NCBI GenBank assembly: GCA_040772545.1
Contig: JAXGXY010000002.1
Location: forward strand, 82,841 to 146,840
DNA length: 64,000 bases
Origin: Christensenellales bacterium
GTDB lineage: Bacteria; Bacillota; Clostridia; Christensenellales; UBA1431
Direction of reading: 5' to 3'
In this document: positions 49,077-59,169 of the stretch, piece after piece
How the letters are laid out: each line of letters opens with the position of its first letter
How positions within the stretch are numbered: the first letter of the stretch is position 1
Program-made: the position numbers and the translations under genes
Notes under the pieces: model-generated
Database searches by the model: none
What the model was told of the DNA's origin: nothing
The model's input: only the letters and a program-made list of their open reading frames with translations

Positions 49077-49952
49077 ATGTTTGGATACGTCCAGCCTCTG
49101 CGTCCCGAGCTCCGGGTGCGGGACATGGCGCTGTACAGGGCTTTTTACTGCGGCCAGTGCAAGGCCGTATCCCGGCGCTACGGCGCGATCGCGCGCGGGT
49201 TCCTCAGCTACGACACGGCGCTGCTGGGCCTTTTGTCCGCGGCGCTGAGCGTGCGGGACGCCGGGGTCAGGAACGAACGATGCATCGCGAGCCCCATAAA
49301 GAAGAAACCGGTGGCGCGCCCGTGCGCCGCCACCGAGTTCGCGGCCGATGCGAACGTCATTCTGGCATACAACAAACTTCGAGACGACTGGCGCGACGAA
49401 CGGAGCAAGAAGGCCGCTGCGGGACGCGTTTTTTTGAGCCGCGCCTACAGGCGCGCGCGCCGGGCGCGCCCCGATATGGCCGGGGCCGTGGAAACGCTGA
49501 TGGAAGAGCTGGCCGTGCTCGAGCGCGCAGGCTGCCCGCGCATGGACGAGGCGGCCGACGTCTTCGCGCGCATGATGCAGGCCGTGTTCGCCGAGCTGGG
49601 GGCGGAAAGCGGCGATGCGCGCGCGCTTTCCTGGATGGCCTACAACCTGGGGAAATGGGTCTACCTCACCGACGCGTTCGACGACCTGGAAAAGGACGTT
49701 GCGCGCGACGGTTACAACGTGATATGGCTCCAGTACGGCAGGGAAGGCGACGCCGCCGCCTGCCGGCGCGAGATGCGCGAGGCCGTCGGGTTCAACCTGA
49801 AGACTTCGCTCTCGCAGTGTGCCGCGGCCTACGAGCTTCTGCACGTGCGGCGGTACAAGGAACTGCTGGACAACATCATCTACCTCGGGCTCATGGACAG
49901 GACGGAGCGGGTGCTGAAAGGGGAATCGAAACAGGCGGATGGATCCATATAA
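49077..49952 (+). CDS. DUF5685 family protein
   Basis: 'MFGYVQPLRPELRVRDMALYRAFYCGQCKAVSRRYG...LSYDTALLGLL' matches my memory of the DUF5685 N-terminus. Confidence 0.65.
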   Translation: MFGYVQPLRPELRVRDMALYRAFYCGQCKAVSRRYGAIARGFLSYDTALLGLLSAALSVRDAGVRNERCIASPIKKKPVARPCAATEFAADANVILAYNKLRDDWRDERSKKAAAGRVFLSRAYRRARRARPDMAGAVETLMEELAVLERAGCPRMDEAADVFARMMQAVFAELGAESGDARALSWMAYNLGKWVYLTDAFDDLEKDVARDGYNVIWLQYGREGDAAACRREMREAVGFNLKTSLSQCAAAYELLHVRRYKELLDNIIYLGLMDRTERVLKGESKQADGSI

Positions 49953-50541
49953 GGTGCTGGGAGTGTCCGAAGACGCGACACAGGAGGAGATCAGGGCGGC
50001 ATACCGCGAACTGGTGAAGAAATACCATCCGGACCAGTATGCCAACAACCCTCTTTCCGACCTCGCCCAGGAGAAACTCAAGGAAATAAACCTGGCGTAC
50101 GACATGCTCGCCGACAAATCGCAGCAAGGGCATGGCCCGTCCGGCGGCGCATACGGCGCGGGCGCGGGCCCCGGCATGGAATTCGCGCAGATAAGAGACA
50201 TGATCGTGCGCGGGAACATACAGGGCGCGGAGAGCGCGCTCAACGCCATTCAGGGCCGGAACGCCGAATGGCACTACCTCTACGGGGTCGTGTGCCTGAG
50301 GAAGGGCTGGTATGACCAGGGGCGCGAACACATGCAAAAGGCGGTGCAGATGGAACCCAACAACGTCGAGTACCGCGCCGGCCTGAACAACATCAACAGC
50401 ATGAGTTTCGGGTACGGCCGGTCGTACCAGCGCTCGGGGATGCAGGGGGACTCGGGCGGACTGTGCAACATCTGCGCGACGCTCTGGTGCGCCGACTGCT
50501 GCTGCGAGTGCATGGGCGGCGACTTCATCCCCTGCTGCTAG
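49939..50541 (+). CDS. J-domain protein with TPR-like middle and Cys-rich C-terminal tail
   Basis: 'DPYKVLGVSEDATQEEIRAAYRELVKKYHPDQ' is a J domain with HPD. Tail 'LCNICATLWCADCCCECMGGDFIPCC'. Confidence 0.8.
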   Translation: MDPYKVLGVSEDATQEEIRAAYRELVKKYHPDQYANNPLSDLAQEKLKEINLAYDMLADKSQQGHGPSGGAYGAGAGPGMEFAQIRDMIVRGNIQGAESALNAIQGRNAEWHYLYGVVCLRKGWYDQGREHMQKAVQMEPNNVEYRAGLNNINSMSFGYGRSYQRSGMQGDSGGLCNICATLWCADCCCECMGGDFIPCC

Positions 50542-50557
50542 CGCGCCGGCCCCGGAC

Positions 50558-51103
50558 ATGAAGGAGAACGCAATGAACCAAAGCCGGAAAACCCTGCGTG
50601 GCTCCCAGCGCGTCACGCTGTCCGCAATGACCATATCCCTCACGCTTATTTGCGTGTACCTCTCGAGCATCGTGCCGGCGGGGAGGCTCGGGTTTCTGTT
50701 TTTAAGTTCGATATTCGTCGCGATGCTGATGGTGGAACGCGAGACGGCGCTTTCCGTCATGGCTTTTATAGGCACGGCGCTGCTGGGGCTGCTGATAGTC
50801 AACGACAAGTTGATGATCCTGCCCTACGTTTTTTTGTTCGGGCATTTCGGCATCGCGAAGGAATACCTCGAAAGGATACAGGACAGGATCCTGTGCTGGG
50901 CCGTGAAGCTCCTGTATTTCAACGCGGCGCTGGCGCTGATGTACTTTTTTACGATGCACGTACTGTTCCCGAACCTCGCGCCGGGCTTCCCGGTGTACTG
51001 GCTGCTCATACCCGCGCAGGCGGTGTTCGTCCTGTACGACTGGCTGTTTACGCGCGTCGTCCATTTCTATATGGACCGTATCCGAAGGCTCATCATACAC
51101 TGA
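50558..51103 (+). CDS. hypothetical integral membrane protein
   Basis: 181 aa with ~5 hydrophobic helices. Start is 50558 or 50573. Confidence 0.55.
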   Translation: MKENAMNQSRKTLRGSQRVTLSAMTISLTLICVYLSSIVPAGRLGFLFLSSIFVAMLMVERETALSVMAFIGTALLGLLIVNDKLMILPYVFLFGHFGIAKEYLERIQDRILCWAVKLLYFNAALALMYFFTMHVLFPNLAPGFPVYWLLIPAQAVFVLYDWLFTRVVHFYMDRIRRLIIH

Positions 51104-51280
51104 TCCCCTATTGCGATCCCGAAAAACGCCGCCCCCACGGCCCGGCCAAGGGCTGATTTGGCGCATAAAACGGCCGCCCCGGCGCCGGGGAGGGGAACAT
51201 CCGACCCGCTCTCGGCGTTTGAAAGATGAAGAAAACGTGCGGGTATGATATATTAATGTAAGGCCGCTGGGTCAAGAGAG

Positions 51281-51742
51281 GTGAACGTTTTCTTGGAAGC
51301 TTCGGCATATTCGGTGCTGGCCATGATCATGCAGTACTGGTTCATCATCGCCATACTCTACATCCTTTTCAGGATCGTCGAGAACGCGATGGCCGAATAC
51401 AGGACGCACAGGCAGATCAAGAAGGAGATCGGCAAACAGTTTTTCGGATATATCGAAATCGAGGCCTGCGACGTGGGGGAGATGCAGGGCCGGCGCTACG
51501 GCATCCGCAAAGAAAACGTGTTCGGGCGTTCCAAGCGCTGTGAGATCGCCATCCCGTCCGCCGCCCTGGACGCGTCCCACGGGATGGTCGTGCTCCGCGG
51601 GAAAAAGCTCATGCTCTTCGATCTTTCGCATGCAAAGGGCGTATTCCTCAACGGCGACAGGATCGAAAAACAGGCGCAGCTCAGCGACGGCGACGAGATC
51701 CGCGCGGGGAATACCGTGCTGCGCATCAATCTGGAAAGGTAG
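51281..51742 (+). CDS. FHA domain-containing membrane protein
   Basis: GTG start, N-terminal TM helix. 'GRSKRCEIAI......SHGMVVLRGKKLMLFDLSHAKGVFLNGDRI' is the FHA pattern. Confidence 0.75.
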   Translation: MNVFLEASAYSVLAMIMQYWFIIAILYILFRIVENAMAEYRTHRQIKKEIGKQFFGYIEIEACDVGEMQGRRYGIRKENVFGRSKRCEIAIPSAALDASHGMVVLRGKKLMLFDLSHAKGVFLNGDRIEKQAQLSDGDEIRAGNTVLRINLER

Positions 51743-51750
51743 GTCGGTAC

Positions 51751-53007
51751 ATGGGCAGGAAAAAACCGAGCGCGGCCGCGCTCCTGTTCATCATCATGGT
51801 CTTCGAGCTCTCGGCGTTCGTGCTTCTTTCGCTGCGCGTCCAGCCCATCGACCTGGGCGCGATCCTTTTCGGCGTCATGATGGTAGGGGTTTTCATATTG
51901 CAGTACGCCCTGGTTAACCATTTCTTCCCCTATATCGACCGGTATATCCTCATCATCGCCAACATGCTCGCGGCCGTCGGCCTCATCGTGCAGTACCGCC
52001 TGAACCCGGAGATCGCGTTCAAACAGGCGGGATGGCTCGCGCTGGGCATGATCGCGATGGTGTTCGCGCTTCTAGGGGTCTGGAAGCTCTCCCTCTGGCA
52101 AAAGCGCAGGGTGACGTATATCCTCGCGGGCGGAGGCATACTGCTGCTCGCGCTGACCCTGCTGATGGGCCGGAGCGCCGGCGGGGCGACGAGCTGGTTT
52201 TCCGTGCTCGGGTCCACGTTCCAGCCCTCCGAATTCGTCAAGCTCATCTTCGTGGCCGTGCTCGCGGCGGTGTTCGCGCAGCCGCTTCAGAAGCGGCGCC
52301 TGCTGCTCTGCTTCGGCTTTTGCGGCGCCATGCTCGGGCTTCTGGTGCTGCAGCGCGACCTGGGGGCCGCGCTGCTCTACGCCGGCACGTTCCTTATCCT
52401 GCTGTACGTGGGAACCAACAAGCTTTCCCTCGTCGGCCTGAGCCTGATCGGCCTTGGCGGCGGGGCATACGCGAGCTACCGCCTTTTCGACCACGTGCGC
52501 GTGCGCGTCGCGATATGGCAAAACCCGTGGGCGGCGTATGAATCGCAGGGGTACCAGATCGTACAGGGGCTGATCGCCCTCGCGAGCGGCGGGCTGCTGG
52601 GGATGGGGCTGGGCCTCGGCGCGCCCAACGTGATCCCGGCCTACCATACCGATTTCATCTTCGCGGTGATCTGCGAGGAGTTCGGGCTTATCTTCGGCGT
52701 GGCCATGATCGCCTTTTACGTGATCTTCATCGTCCGCGGCGCGCTGATCGCGCTCAACGCCAAAACGCGGTTCGACATGCTGCTCGCTTTCGGCTGCACG
52801 TCTATGATAACGCTGCAAAGCTTCATCATCATCGGCGGCGTGATCAAGCTCATACCGCTCACCGGCATCACGCTGCCCTTCGTGAGCTACGGGGGCAGTT
52901 CCATGATCGTGTGCATGATGCTGGTGGGCGTTTTGCAGGGGATCGCGGCCAGGAACGGCCAGGCCGAAGACGAGATGCTCGAGCAGATGGAGGGGAACCG
53001 CCCATGA
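51751..53007 (+). CDS. FtsW/RodA/SpoVE family peptidoglycan glycosyltransferase
   Basis: 418 aa polytopic. 'FQPSEFVKL', 'LVLQRDLGAALL', 'HTDFIFAVICEEFG', 'TGITLPFVSYGGSS' are SEDS motifs. Confidence 0.9.
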   Translation: MGRKKPSAAALLFIIMVFELSAFVLLSLRVQPIDLGAILFGVMMVGVFILQYALVNHFFPYIDRYILIIANMLAAVGLIVQYRLNPEIAFKQAGWLALGMIAMVFALLGVWKLSLWQKRRVTYILAGGGILLLALTLLMGRSAGGATSWFSVLGSTFQPSEFVKLIFVAVLAAVFAQPLQKRRLLLCFGFCGAMLGLLVLQRDLGAALLYAGTFLILLYVGTNKLSLVGLSLIGLGGGAYASYRLFDHVRVRVAIWQNPWAAYESQGYQIVQGLIALASGGLLGMGLGLGAPNVIPAYHTDFIFAVICEEFGLIFGVAMIAFYVIFIVRGALIALNAKTRFDMLLAFGCTSMITLQSFIIIGGVIKLIPLTGITLPFVSYGGSSMIVCMMLVGVLQGIAARNGQAEDEMLEQMEGNRP

Positions 53008-54413
53008 TTTTGCAGAAAAGAAACATACGCATCATGCTCACCGTGTTCTTGGCGCTTTTCGCCGGGCTGACGGTGTACCTCGCCTATTCCGTGCTCACCT
53101 ACGGCGAACGCTGGGCCACGAACCCTTACAACCCGCGCATCGCGTCGCAGAAATCGCAGGTGAAGGCGGGCGACATACTGGACCGCAACGGCGTCACGCT
53201 GGCCACGACCGACGCGAAAGGCAACCGCGTCTATACGCCGGACGCGCAGGTGCGAAAGGCGCTCTCGTCGGTGGTGGGCGACAGTTCCGGGATGACCACG
53301 TCGGGCGCGGAGACGTTCATGGCCAACTACCTGCTCGGGTTCAACGACAGCGTGATCGAGCGGTTCTACCAGGAGATCACCGGCGCGAAACGCGAGGGGA
53401 GCGACGCCGTGCTCACCGTCGACAGCACGCTGAGCACGCACGCCTACAACCTGCTGGGAAACTACCGCGGCGCGGCGGTCGTGATGAACTACCAAACGGG
53501 CGAGATCCTTGCGAGCGTGTCCAAGCCGGGGTTCGACCCCTACAACCTGAGCCAGTACAAGGGCGATACGGACAACGAGGATTCGCCCCTCGTGAACCGC
53601 GCCACGATGGGCCGCTACACGCCGGGATCGGTCTTCAAGCTCATCACCGCGGCGGCGGCGCTCGAATACTATCCGGACGCGCTCACGCGCACCTATACCT
53701 GCAAGGGCGAACTGCCGGTGGGCGAGACCGTCATTACGGACGCCAACGGCGAGGTCCACGGCAAGCTCGACCTCAAAAGGGCGTTCGCCGTATCGTGCAA
53801 CAACACCTTCGCCACGATCGGGATGGACCTGGGCGCGGACAAGCTCAAGGCCGAGGCGGAGAAGTTCGGGTTCAACAACAACTTCCTCTTCGGCGACCTT
53901 TTGCTCTATTCGTCGTCCTACAAAAGCCCCACGAAAAAGAGCGACCTCGGCTGGTCGGCCGTGGGGCAGTACAAGGACCTGGTCACGCCGCTGCACATGT
54001 GCATGATAACGGCCGCGGTGGCAAACGACGGCGTGATGATGGAGCCCAAGCTTTTAAAGCACCTGGTCAACGTGCGCGGCTACGACTATCAGGAACTCAA
54101 GCCCGCCGAGTACGGCCGGCCGCTTTCCGCCAAAAACGCCAAAACGCTCCAGGACATGATGGTCTTGGCCGTGCAGTCGGGCACGGGCTCGCGCGCCCGG
54201 GTGGCCGGATGGACGGTAGGCGGGAAGACCGGCACCGCCGAGGTTTCCGAGGACGAGGATGTCAGCCCCAACGCCTGGTTCGTGGGCTTCGTCAAGGACG
54301 AGGGGCATCCTATTTGCGTCGCCGTCGTGCTGGAAAACGCGGGTTCGGGTGGGTCCAAGGCAGCGCCGGTCGCCGCCGGCATCCTAAAAAAGGCGAAGGA
54401 ACTGGGCTACTGA
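53004..54413 (+). CDS. penicillin-binding protein 2 (class B transpeptidase)
   Basis: ATG 53004 overlaps the previous stop (ATGA). TM anchor. 'GSVFKLITAAAALE' (SxxK), 'SCNN' (SxN), 'GGKTGTAE' (KTG). Confidence 0.9.
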   Translation: MILQKRNIRIMLTVFLALFAGLTVYLAYSVLTYGERWATNPYNPRIASQKSQVKAGDILDRNGVTLATTDAKGNRVYTPDAQVRKALSSVVGDSSGMTTSGAETFMANYLLGFNDSVIERFYQEITGAKREGSDAVLTVDSTLSTHAYNLLGNYRGAAVVMNYQTGEILASVSKPGFDPYNLSQYKGDTDNEDSPLVNRATMGRYTPGSVFKLITAAAALEYYPDALTRTYTCKGELPVGETVITDANGEVHGKLDLKRAFAVSCNNTFATIGMDLGADKLKAEAEKFGFNNNFLFGDLLLYSSSYKSPTKKSDLGWSAVGQYKDLVTPLHMCMITAAVANDGVMMEPKLLKHLVNVRGYDYQELKPAEYGRPLSAKNAKTLQDMMVLAVQSGTGSRARVAGWTVGGKTGTAEVSEDEDVSPNAWFVGFVKDEGHPICVAVVLENAGSGGSKAAPVAAGILKKAKELGY

Positions 54414-54414
54414 G

Positions 54415-56274
54415 ATGGAGGCGTTCGAGATTTCCGAAGAGCTGCGGGGACTGATCGCGGCGCTGCCCGATTTGCCGGGCGTATACATCATGAAGGATAA
54501 TAGCGGCGCGGTCATCTACGTCGGCAAGGCCGTATCGCTCAAAAACCGCGTGCGGCAGTACTTCCAGTCGCCAAAAACGCACAGCGCCAAGACCGCGGCG
54601 ATGGTTAAAAGGATCGCCCGCTTCGAAACGATCGTTACCGACAACGAGGTGGAGGCGCTCATCCTCGAGTGCAACCTCATCAAGAAACACCGGCCGCATT
54701 ACAACATCCTGCTCAAGGACGACAAAAACTTCCCCTACGTGCGCATCGACATGCGCGAGGACTTTCCGCGCGTCGAGATCGTACGCCGCAGGGAAAACGA
54801 CGGGGCGCAGTACTACGGCCCGTTCGTTTCTTCCGGCGCGCTCAGGGAGGTCCTGGACGTCGCGGGGAGGATGTTTCCTCTGCGCACCTGCAAAAAGGAC
54901 ATCGCCCGCGCGATCGCGCGCGGGGAGCGCCCCTGCCTGAACTACCAGATCGGCAGGTGCATGGGGCCGTGCACCGGCGGGGTTGACCCGGCGGACTACC
55001 GGCAGGCGCTCGAGTGCATCGTCGGGTTGATCTCGGGCAGGGAGGGCGAATTCGAGGCGGCTGTGCGCGACCGGATGCATGCCGCCGCCGAAGTGCTGGA
55101 CTTCGAGCGCGCCGCGCGGCTGCGCGACACGCTGCGCGCGCTCGAGGAACTTTCGCAGAAACAGAAGATGGCCACCGACGCCGGCGTCGAAAGGGACGTG
55201 TTCGCCCTGCATACGGAAGAGGGCGTCGCGCTGGTGCAGGCGCTGTTCATCCGCGGCGGGAAGCTCCTGGGGAGCGAGCATTTCGAGCTGCAGTGGGAGG
55301 GGGAGGAGAGCCCGGAGGAGTTGATGGCCCAGTTTCTGAGGCAGTATTACGCGGACGCGCCCGCGCTTCCAAAAGAAGTCCTCGTAAACGCCGCGCCGGA
55401 AGACCCGCCGCTCACCGAAGCGTACCTCAGGGGGCTTTGCGGCGCGCGCGTGCGCCTCGCCGTGCCTAAGCGGGGGAAGAAGAAGGCGCTCGTCGACCTC
55501 GCCAAGAGCAACGCGGCGCAGTCGGCCCTCCGGCTGCTTATCAGGGCGCGCACCGACTTCGAGCGGCACGAGGGCGCGCTCATACAGCTCGCCGACGCGC
55601 TCGAACTCCCCGCGCCGCCCGCGCGGATAGAGGCCTTCGACATCTCCAACACGCAGGGGACGGACTCGGTCGCCTCGATGGTGGTGTTCATTAACGGCCG
55701 GCCGTCCCCGAAGGACTACCGCCGTTTCCGGATTAAAACGGTGGAAGGCGCCGACGACTTCGGGTCCATGCGGGAGGTGGTCGGCCGCCGCATGCGCCGC
55801 GCGAAGGAGAAGAGCGCCGGGTTTGCCGACCTGCCCGGCCTTCTCCTGATAGACGGGGGCAAGGGGCAGTTAAACGCGGCGCTGCAGGCGCTTTCGGAAA
55901 CGGGGTGCCCGGACGTGCCGGCCGCGGGAATAGCCAAGCGCATGGAGGAGGTGTTCCTCCCCGGGCGGGAGGCGGCGCTGGTGCTCAAGCGCAACAGCGC
56001 CGCGCTGCACCTGCTCCAGCGCGTCAGGGACGAGGCCCACAGGTTCGCCGTGACCTACCACCGCCGGGTGAGGACCGGGCGCACCATCGCGTCCGAACTC
56101 GACCGGATACCGGGTATCGGGAAGAAACGCCGGACGGAACTGCTGCGCCGCTATAAATCCGTCAAGGGAGTCTCAGCGGCCGGGGTGGAGGAGCTCGCGG
56201 ACGTGGAGGGCATGGACAGGCGGAGCGCCCGGGCCGTGTTCGACCATTTCCACGGAACTCCGAAAGACGAGTGA
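54415..56274 (+). CDS. uvrC: excinuclease ABC subunit C
   Basis: 619 aa. GIY-YIG 'PGVYIMKD..GAVIYVGKA..LKNRV', UVR domain 'FERAARLRD', C-terminal (HhH)2. Confidence 0.95.
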   Translation: MEAFEISEELRGLIAALPDLPGVYIMKDNSGAVIYVGKAVSLKNRVRQYFQSPKTHSAKTAAMVKRIARFETIVTDNEVEALILECNLIKKHRPHYNILLKDDKNFPYVRIDMREDFPRVEIVRRRENDGAQYYGPFVSSGALREVLDVAGRMFPLRTCKKDIARAIARGERPCLNYQIGRCMGPCTGGVDPADYRQALECIVGLISGREGEFEAAVRDRMHAAAEVLDFERAARLRDTLRALEELSQKQKMATDAGVERDVFALHTEEGVALVQALFIRGGKLLGSEHFELQWEGEESPEELMAQFLRQYYADAPALPKEVLVNAAPEDPPLTEAYLRGLCGARVRLAVPKRGKKKALVDLAKSNAAQSALRLLIRARTDFERHEGALIQLADALELPAPPARIEAFDISNTQGTDSVASMVVFINGRPSPKDYRRFRIKTVEGADDFGSMREVVGRRMRRAKEKSAGFADLPGLLLIDGGKGQLNAALQALSETGCPDVPAAGIAKRMEEVFLPGREAALVLKRNSAALHLLQRVRDEAHRFAVTYHRRVRTGRTIASELDRIPGIGKKRRTELLRRYKSVKGVSAAGVEELADVEGMDRRSARAVFDHFHGTPKDE

Positions 56275-56365
56275 GGCTTGTATGAACCCGTCCCCCACCT
56301 TATAATGTAATTGACGGGGGCACCCGTCACGGCTTATAAAAATGCATCTACAGACGGAGGCGGAC

Positions 56366-57175
56366 ATGCAATACAAACTCATCGCGCTGGACCTGGACCA
56401 TACGCTGCTCACGAGCACCCGGACGATCAGCGAGCGGAACAAGCGGGCGATCGCCAGGGCGGTCGAGAAAGGCGCGACGGTCGTGCTCGCGACGGGACGG
56501 CCGTTCGGGGGGACGGCGAAATACTGCGAGGAACTGGGGATAAAACAGCCCGTCATTACCAACGGCGGGGCGGTGGTGGTGGACTCCGCCACGGGCGAGA
56601 CCATCTTCGACCAGAAACTAAACGAGGACCTGGCGCGGGAGGTCATCGGTTTTTTACACGAACAGAACTGTTACCACCAGATCTACGACGCGTCGCCCAA
56701 GTTCCTGTGCGAGGCCTACACGATGTACACCGAGCTGTACTCCCACTTCACCTGCATGCAGTGGAAAGTGGTGGGGGACTTTTTGAAGCTTTCGAGCGTT
56801 ATGACCCCGAAGGTGCTCTGCGTGGACATGGCCTCACGCCTGAGGGTCATGCTCGAAATGCTCCGCGAACGCTTCCCCGGGCGCCTGATCGCGGGCATAT
56901 CCCAGCCGTTTTTCCTGGAGATATACCACCCCGACGCGCATAAGGGGGCGGCGCTAAGAAGGCTGGCGGAGAATATGGGGCTGGACGCGTGCAACGTGAT
57001 TGCGATGGGGGACAGCCACATCGACAAGTCCATGATCGAATACGCCGGGCTGGGCGTGGCCATGAAGAATTCGACGCCCGAAGTGCTGGAGGCGGCCGAC
57101 CTTATCGCCCCCGGAAACGACGAGGACGGCGTGGCCGCCGTCATAGAGGAATACGTCTTAAACGAGGTGGAATGA
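56366..57175 (+). CDS. Cof-type HAD-IIB family hydrolase
   Basis: ATG 56366 after GGAGG. 'LIALDLDHTLL', 'LATGRP', 'MGDSHIDKSMIEYAGLGVAMKN'. Confidence 0.85.
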   Translation: MQYKLIALDLDHTLLTSTRTISERNKRAIARAVEKGATVVLATGRPFGGTAKYCEELGIKQPVITNGGAVVVDSATGETIFDQKLNEDLAREVIGFLHEQNCYHQIYDASPKFLCEAYTMYTELYSHFTCMQWKVVGDFLKLSSVMTPKVLCVDMASRLRVMLEMLRERFPGRLIAGISQPFFLEIYHPDAHKGAALRRLAENMGLDACNVIAMGDSHIDKSMIEYAGLGVAMKNSTPEVLEAADLIAPGNDEDGVAAVIEEYVLNEVE

Positions 57176-57178
57176 CGC

Positions 57179-58126
57179 TTGATCAGGACGCTGCCGGTCA
57201 GGGAGTTCGCAAAAGCGCTGGACCTGAACATCCTGCATATGGGGAAACGCGAGTACATGGAGCTGCACACGAGCGACATCAACCGCCCGGGCCTGCAGCT
57301 GACCGGCTTTTTCGAGCTGTTCGTGTTCGACAGGGTCCAGATCATGGGCCCCGTCGAGATGGCGTACCTCAAACGGCTGGACAAACAGAAGCTGAAAGAG
57401 ACGATGGAGCGGTATTTCAGCTACCCCATCCCCTGCGTCCTGATTTCGAGGCAACAGATACCGCCCGGGGAAATGATGGAGGCGGCCCGCAAGAACGACG
57501 TGCCCATCCTCGATTCGCCGCTGACCACCACGAAGATCATGCACAAGACGATGACCTACCTGGACAACTACCTCGCCCCGCAGGCGACGCGCCACGGCGT
57601 GCTGATGGACATCTACGGCGTGGGCATCATGCTCACCGGCGAGTCGGGCATCGGCAAGAGCGAGACGGCGCTGGAACTCGTCAAGCGGGGGCACAGGCTG
57701 GTGGCCGACGACGTCGTGCAGATCCGCATGGTCGAGGAGGGGAAGCTGGTGGGCTCGTCGCCCGAGGTGCTCAGGTACCTGCTCGAGATCAGGGGCCTCG
57801 GCATCATAGACGTGCGCAACATGTACGGGATCGGCGCGGTCATCCACGACAAGTCGATCGACATCGTGATGCAGTTCGAGCCGTGGCAGCCGGACAGACA
57901 GTACGAACGCCTGGGGCTTCGCGAGGAGACCATATCCATACTGGACGTGAAGGTGCCCTACATCGTCACCCCGGTGATGCCGGGCCGCAACCTTGCCATC
58001 ATCGCCGAGGTCGCCGCGATGAACTTCAGGCTCAAGAAGATAGGCTATTCCACCGCGGCGGAACTGGACAGGCGCATGATGGGCGAGCTGCACCTGCTGC
58101 AGCCGCCCGACAAACGGGAACCGTGA
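57179..58126 (+). CDS. hprK: HPr kinase/phosphorylase
   Basis: TTG start. 'HGVLMDIYGVGIMLTGESGIGKSETALELVKRGHRLVADD', 'LEIRGLGIIDV'. Confidence 0.93.
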   Translation: MIRTLPVREFAKALDLNILHMGKREYMELHTSDINRPGLQLTGFFELFVFDRVQIMGPVEMAYLKRLDKQKLKETMERYFSYPIPCVLISRQQIPPGEMMEAARKNDVPILDSPLTTTKIMHKTMTYLDNYLAPQATRHGVLMDIYGVGIMLTGESGIGKSETALELVKRGHRLVADDVVQIRMVEEGKLVGSSPEVLRYLLEIRGLGIIDVRNMYGIGAVIHDKSIDIVMQFEPWQPDRQYERLGLREETISILDVKVPYIVTPVMPGRNLAIIAEVAAMNFRLKKIGYSTAAELDRRMMGELHLLQPPDKREP

Positions 58127-58133
58127 GGGGGCA

Positions 58134-59105
58134 GTGAAGACGCCGCTGTATCTGGGCGTCGACCTGGGAGGTACGGCCATCAAGGCGGGCCTGGTCGACC
58201 CACAAGGGCATATCGGCAGCGAGGGGGAGCGCCCGACGCTGCCTGAACGCGGCCGGCGGCAGGTGATCCGAGACATGGCCGCGTTGTGTTTGGACACGCT
58301 GGATCGCGCGGGGCTTACCGCGGCCGACGTCGCGGCGGCCGGCGTGGGTGTGCCCGGCCGGGTGGACGACAGGACCGGCGTCGTAAAATGGGCGCCCAAC
58401 CTCGGCTGGCGGGACGTGCCGCTGGCCGCGCTGCTCGGGGAGGTGCTGTCCTGTCCGGTGGCGCTGGACAACGACGCGAACGCGGCGGCCGCCGCCGAAC
58501 ACATCGCGGGCGCGGCGAAGGGCCACGAAAACGCGCTGGTGGTGACGCTGGGCACGGGCGTGGGCGCGGGAGTGGTCGCGCACGGCAGGCTGCTTCGCGG
58601 GGCGCACGGCCTGGCGGGGGAACTCGGCCATATGACGCTCTACCCCGGCGGCGCCCTCTGCGGCTGTAAAAACCGCGGCTGTTTGGAGATGTACGCCTCC
58701 GCGAGAGCCCTCGCGGGACCGGGGCAAAAGGCCGTGATCGAGGACCCGGACGGGCTGATCGCCTATCTGGCAGGCGGCAGGCCCGAACGGGTCACGGCGG
58801 AACTGGTGGCGCGGTGCGCCGAAAAGGGCGACCCTATGGCGCTCGCCGCCTGGGACCGGTACACCTCCGACCTCGCGCTCGGGCTGACCAACGCGGCGCG
58901 GGTTATCGACCCGGGCGTCATCGTGATCGGCGGCGGCGTCGCACAGGCGGGGGAATTCCTGCTTCGGCCCCTGAGGCAGAAGATGGACGCGCTGAGAATA
59001 GGCGGGGCCGGGGCCCCCGGGATCGTGCGGGCGCGGTTTTCGGCGCGGGCGGGGATTGTGGGGGCGGCGCTGCTCGCGGCCGATGCGGCGGGGGAGAAGG
59101 GCTAA
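58134..59105 (+). CDS. glcK: ROK family glucokinase
   Basis: GTG start. 'LGVDLGGTAIKAGLV', 'LDNDANAAA', 'GELGHM...CGCKNRGCLE' is the ROK Zn motif. Confidence 0.88.
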   Translation: MKTPLYLGVDLGGTAIKAGLVDPQGHIGSEGERPTLPERGRRQVIRDMAALCLDTLDRAGLTAADVAAAGVGVPGRVDDRTGVVKWAPNLGWRDVPLAALLGEVLSCPVALDNDANAAAAAEHIAGAAKGHENALVVTLGTGVGAGVVAHGRLLRGAHGLAGELGHMTLYPGGALCGCKNRGCLEMYASARALAGPGQKAVIEDPDGLIAYLAGGRPERVTAELVARCAEKGDPMALAAWDRYTSDLALGLTNAARVIDPGVIVIGGGVAQAGEFLLRPLRQKMDALRIGGAGAPGIVRARFSARAGIVGAALLAADAAGEKG

Positions 59106-59169
59106 GTAATACCCAGGGTCTGCTTTTCATAGTGTTAGTAGGTATCATAAACACTAGGGAAGCAAAACC

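Noticed and set aside
48937-50249. Upstream 437 codons of the 538-aa minus-strand ORF.
   Set aside because: Only the last 101 codons (cotJA, with its own GGAGG and ATG) are protein-like. The rest is antisense to DUF5685 and the J-protein.
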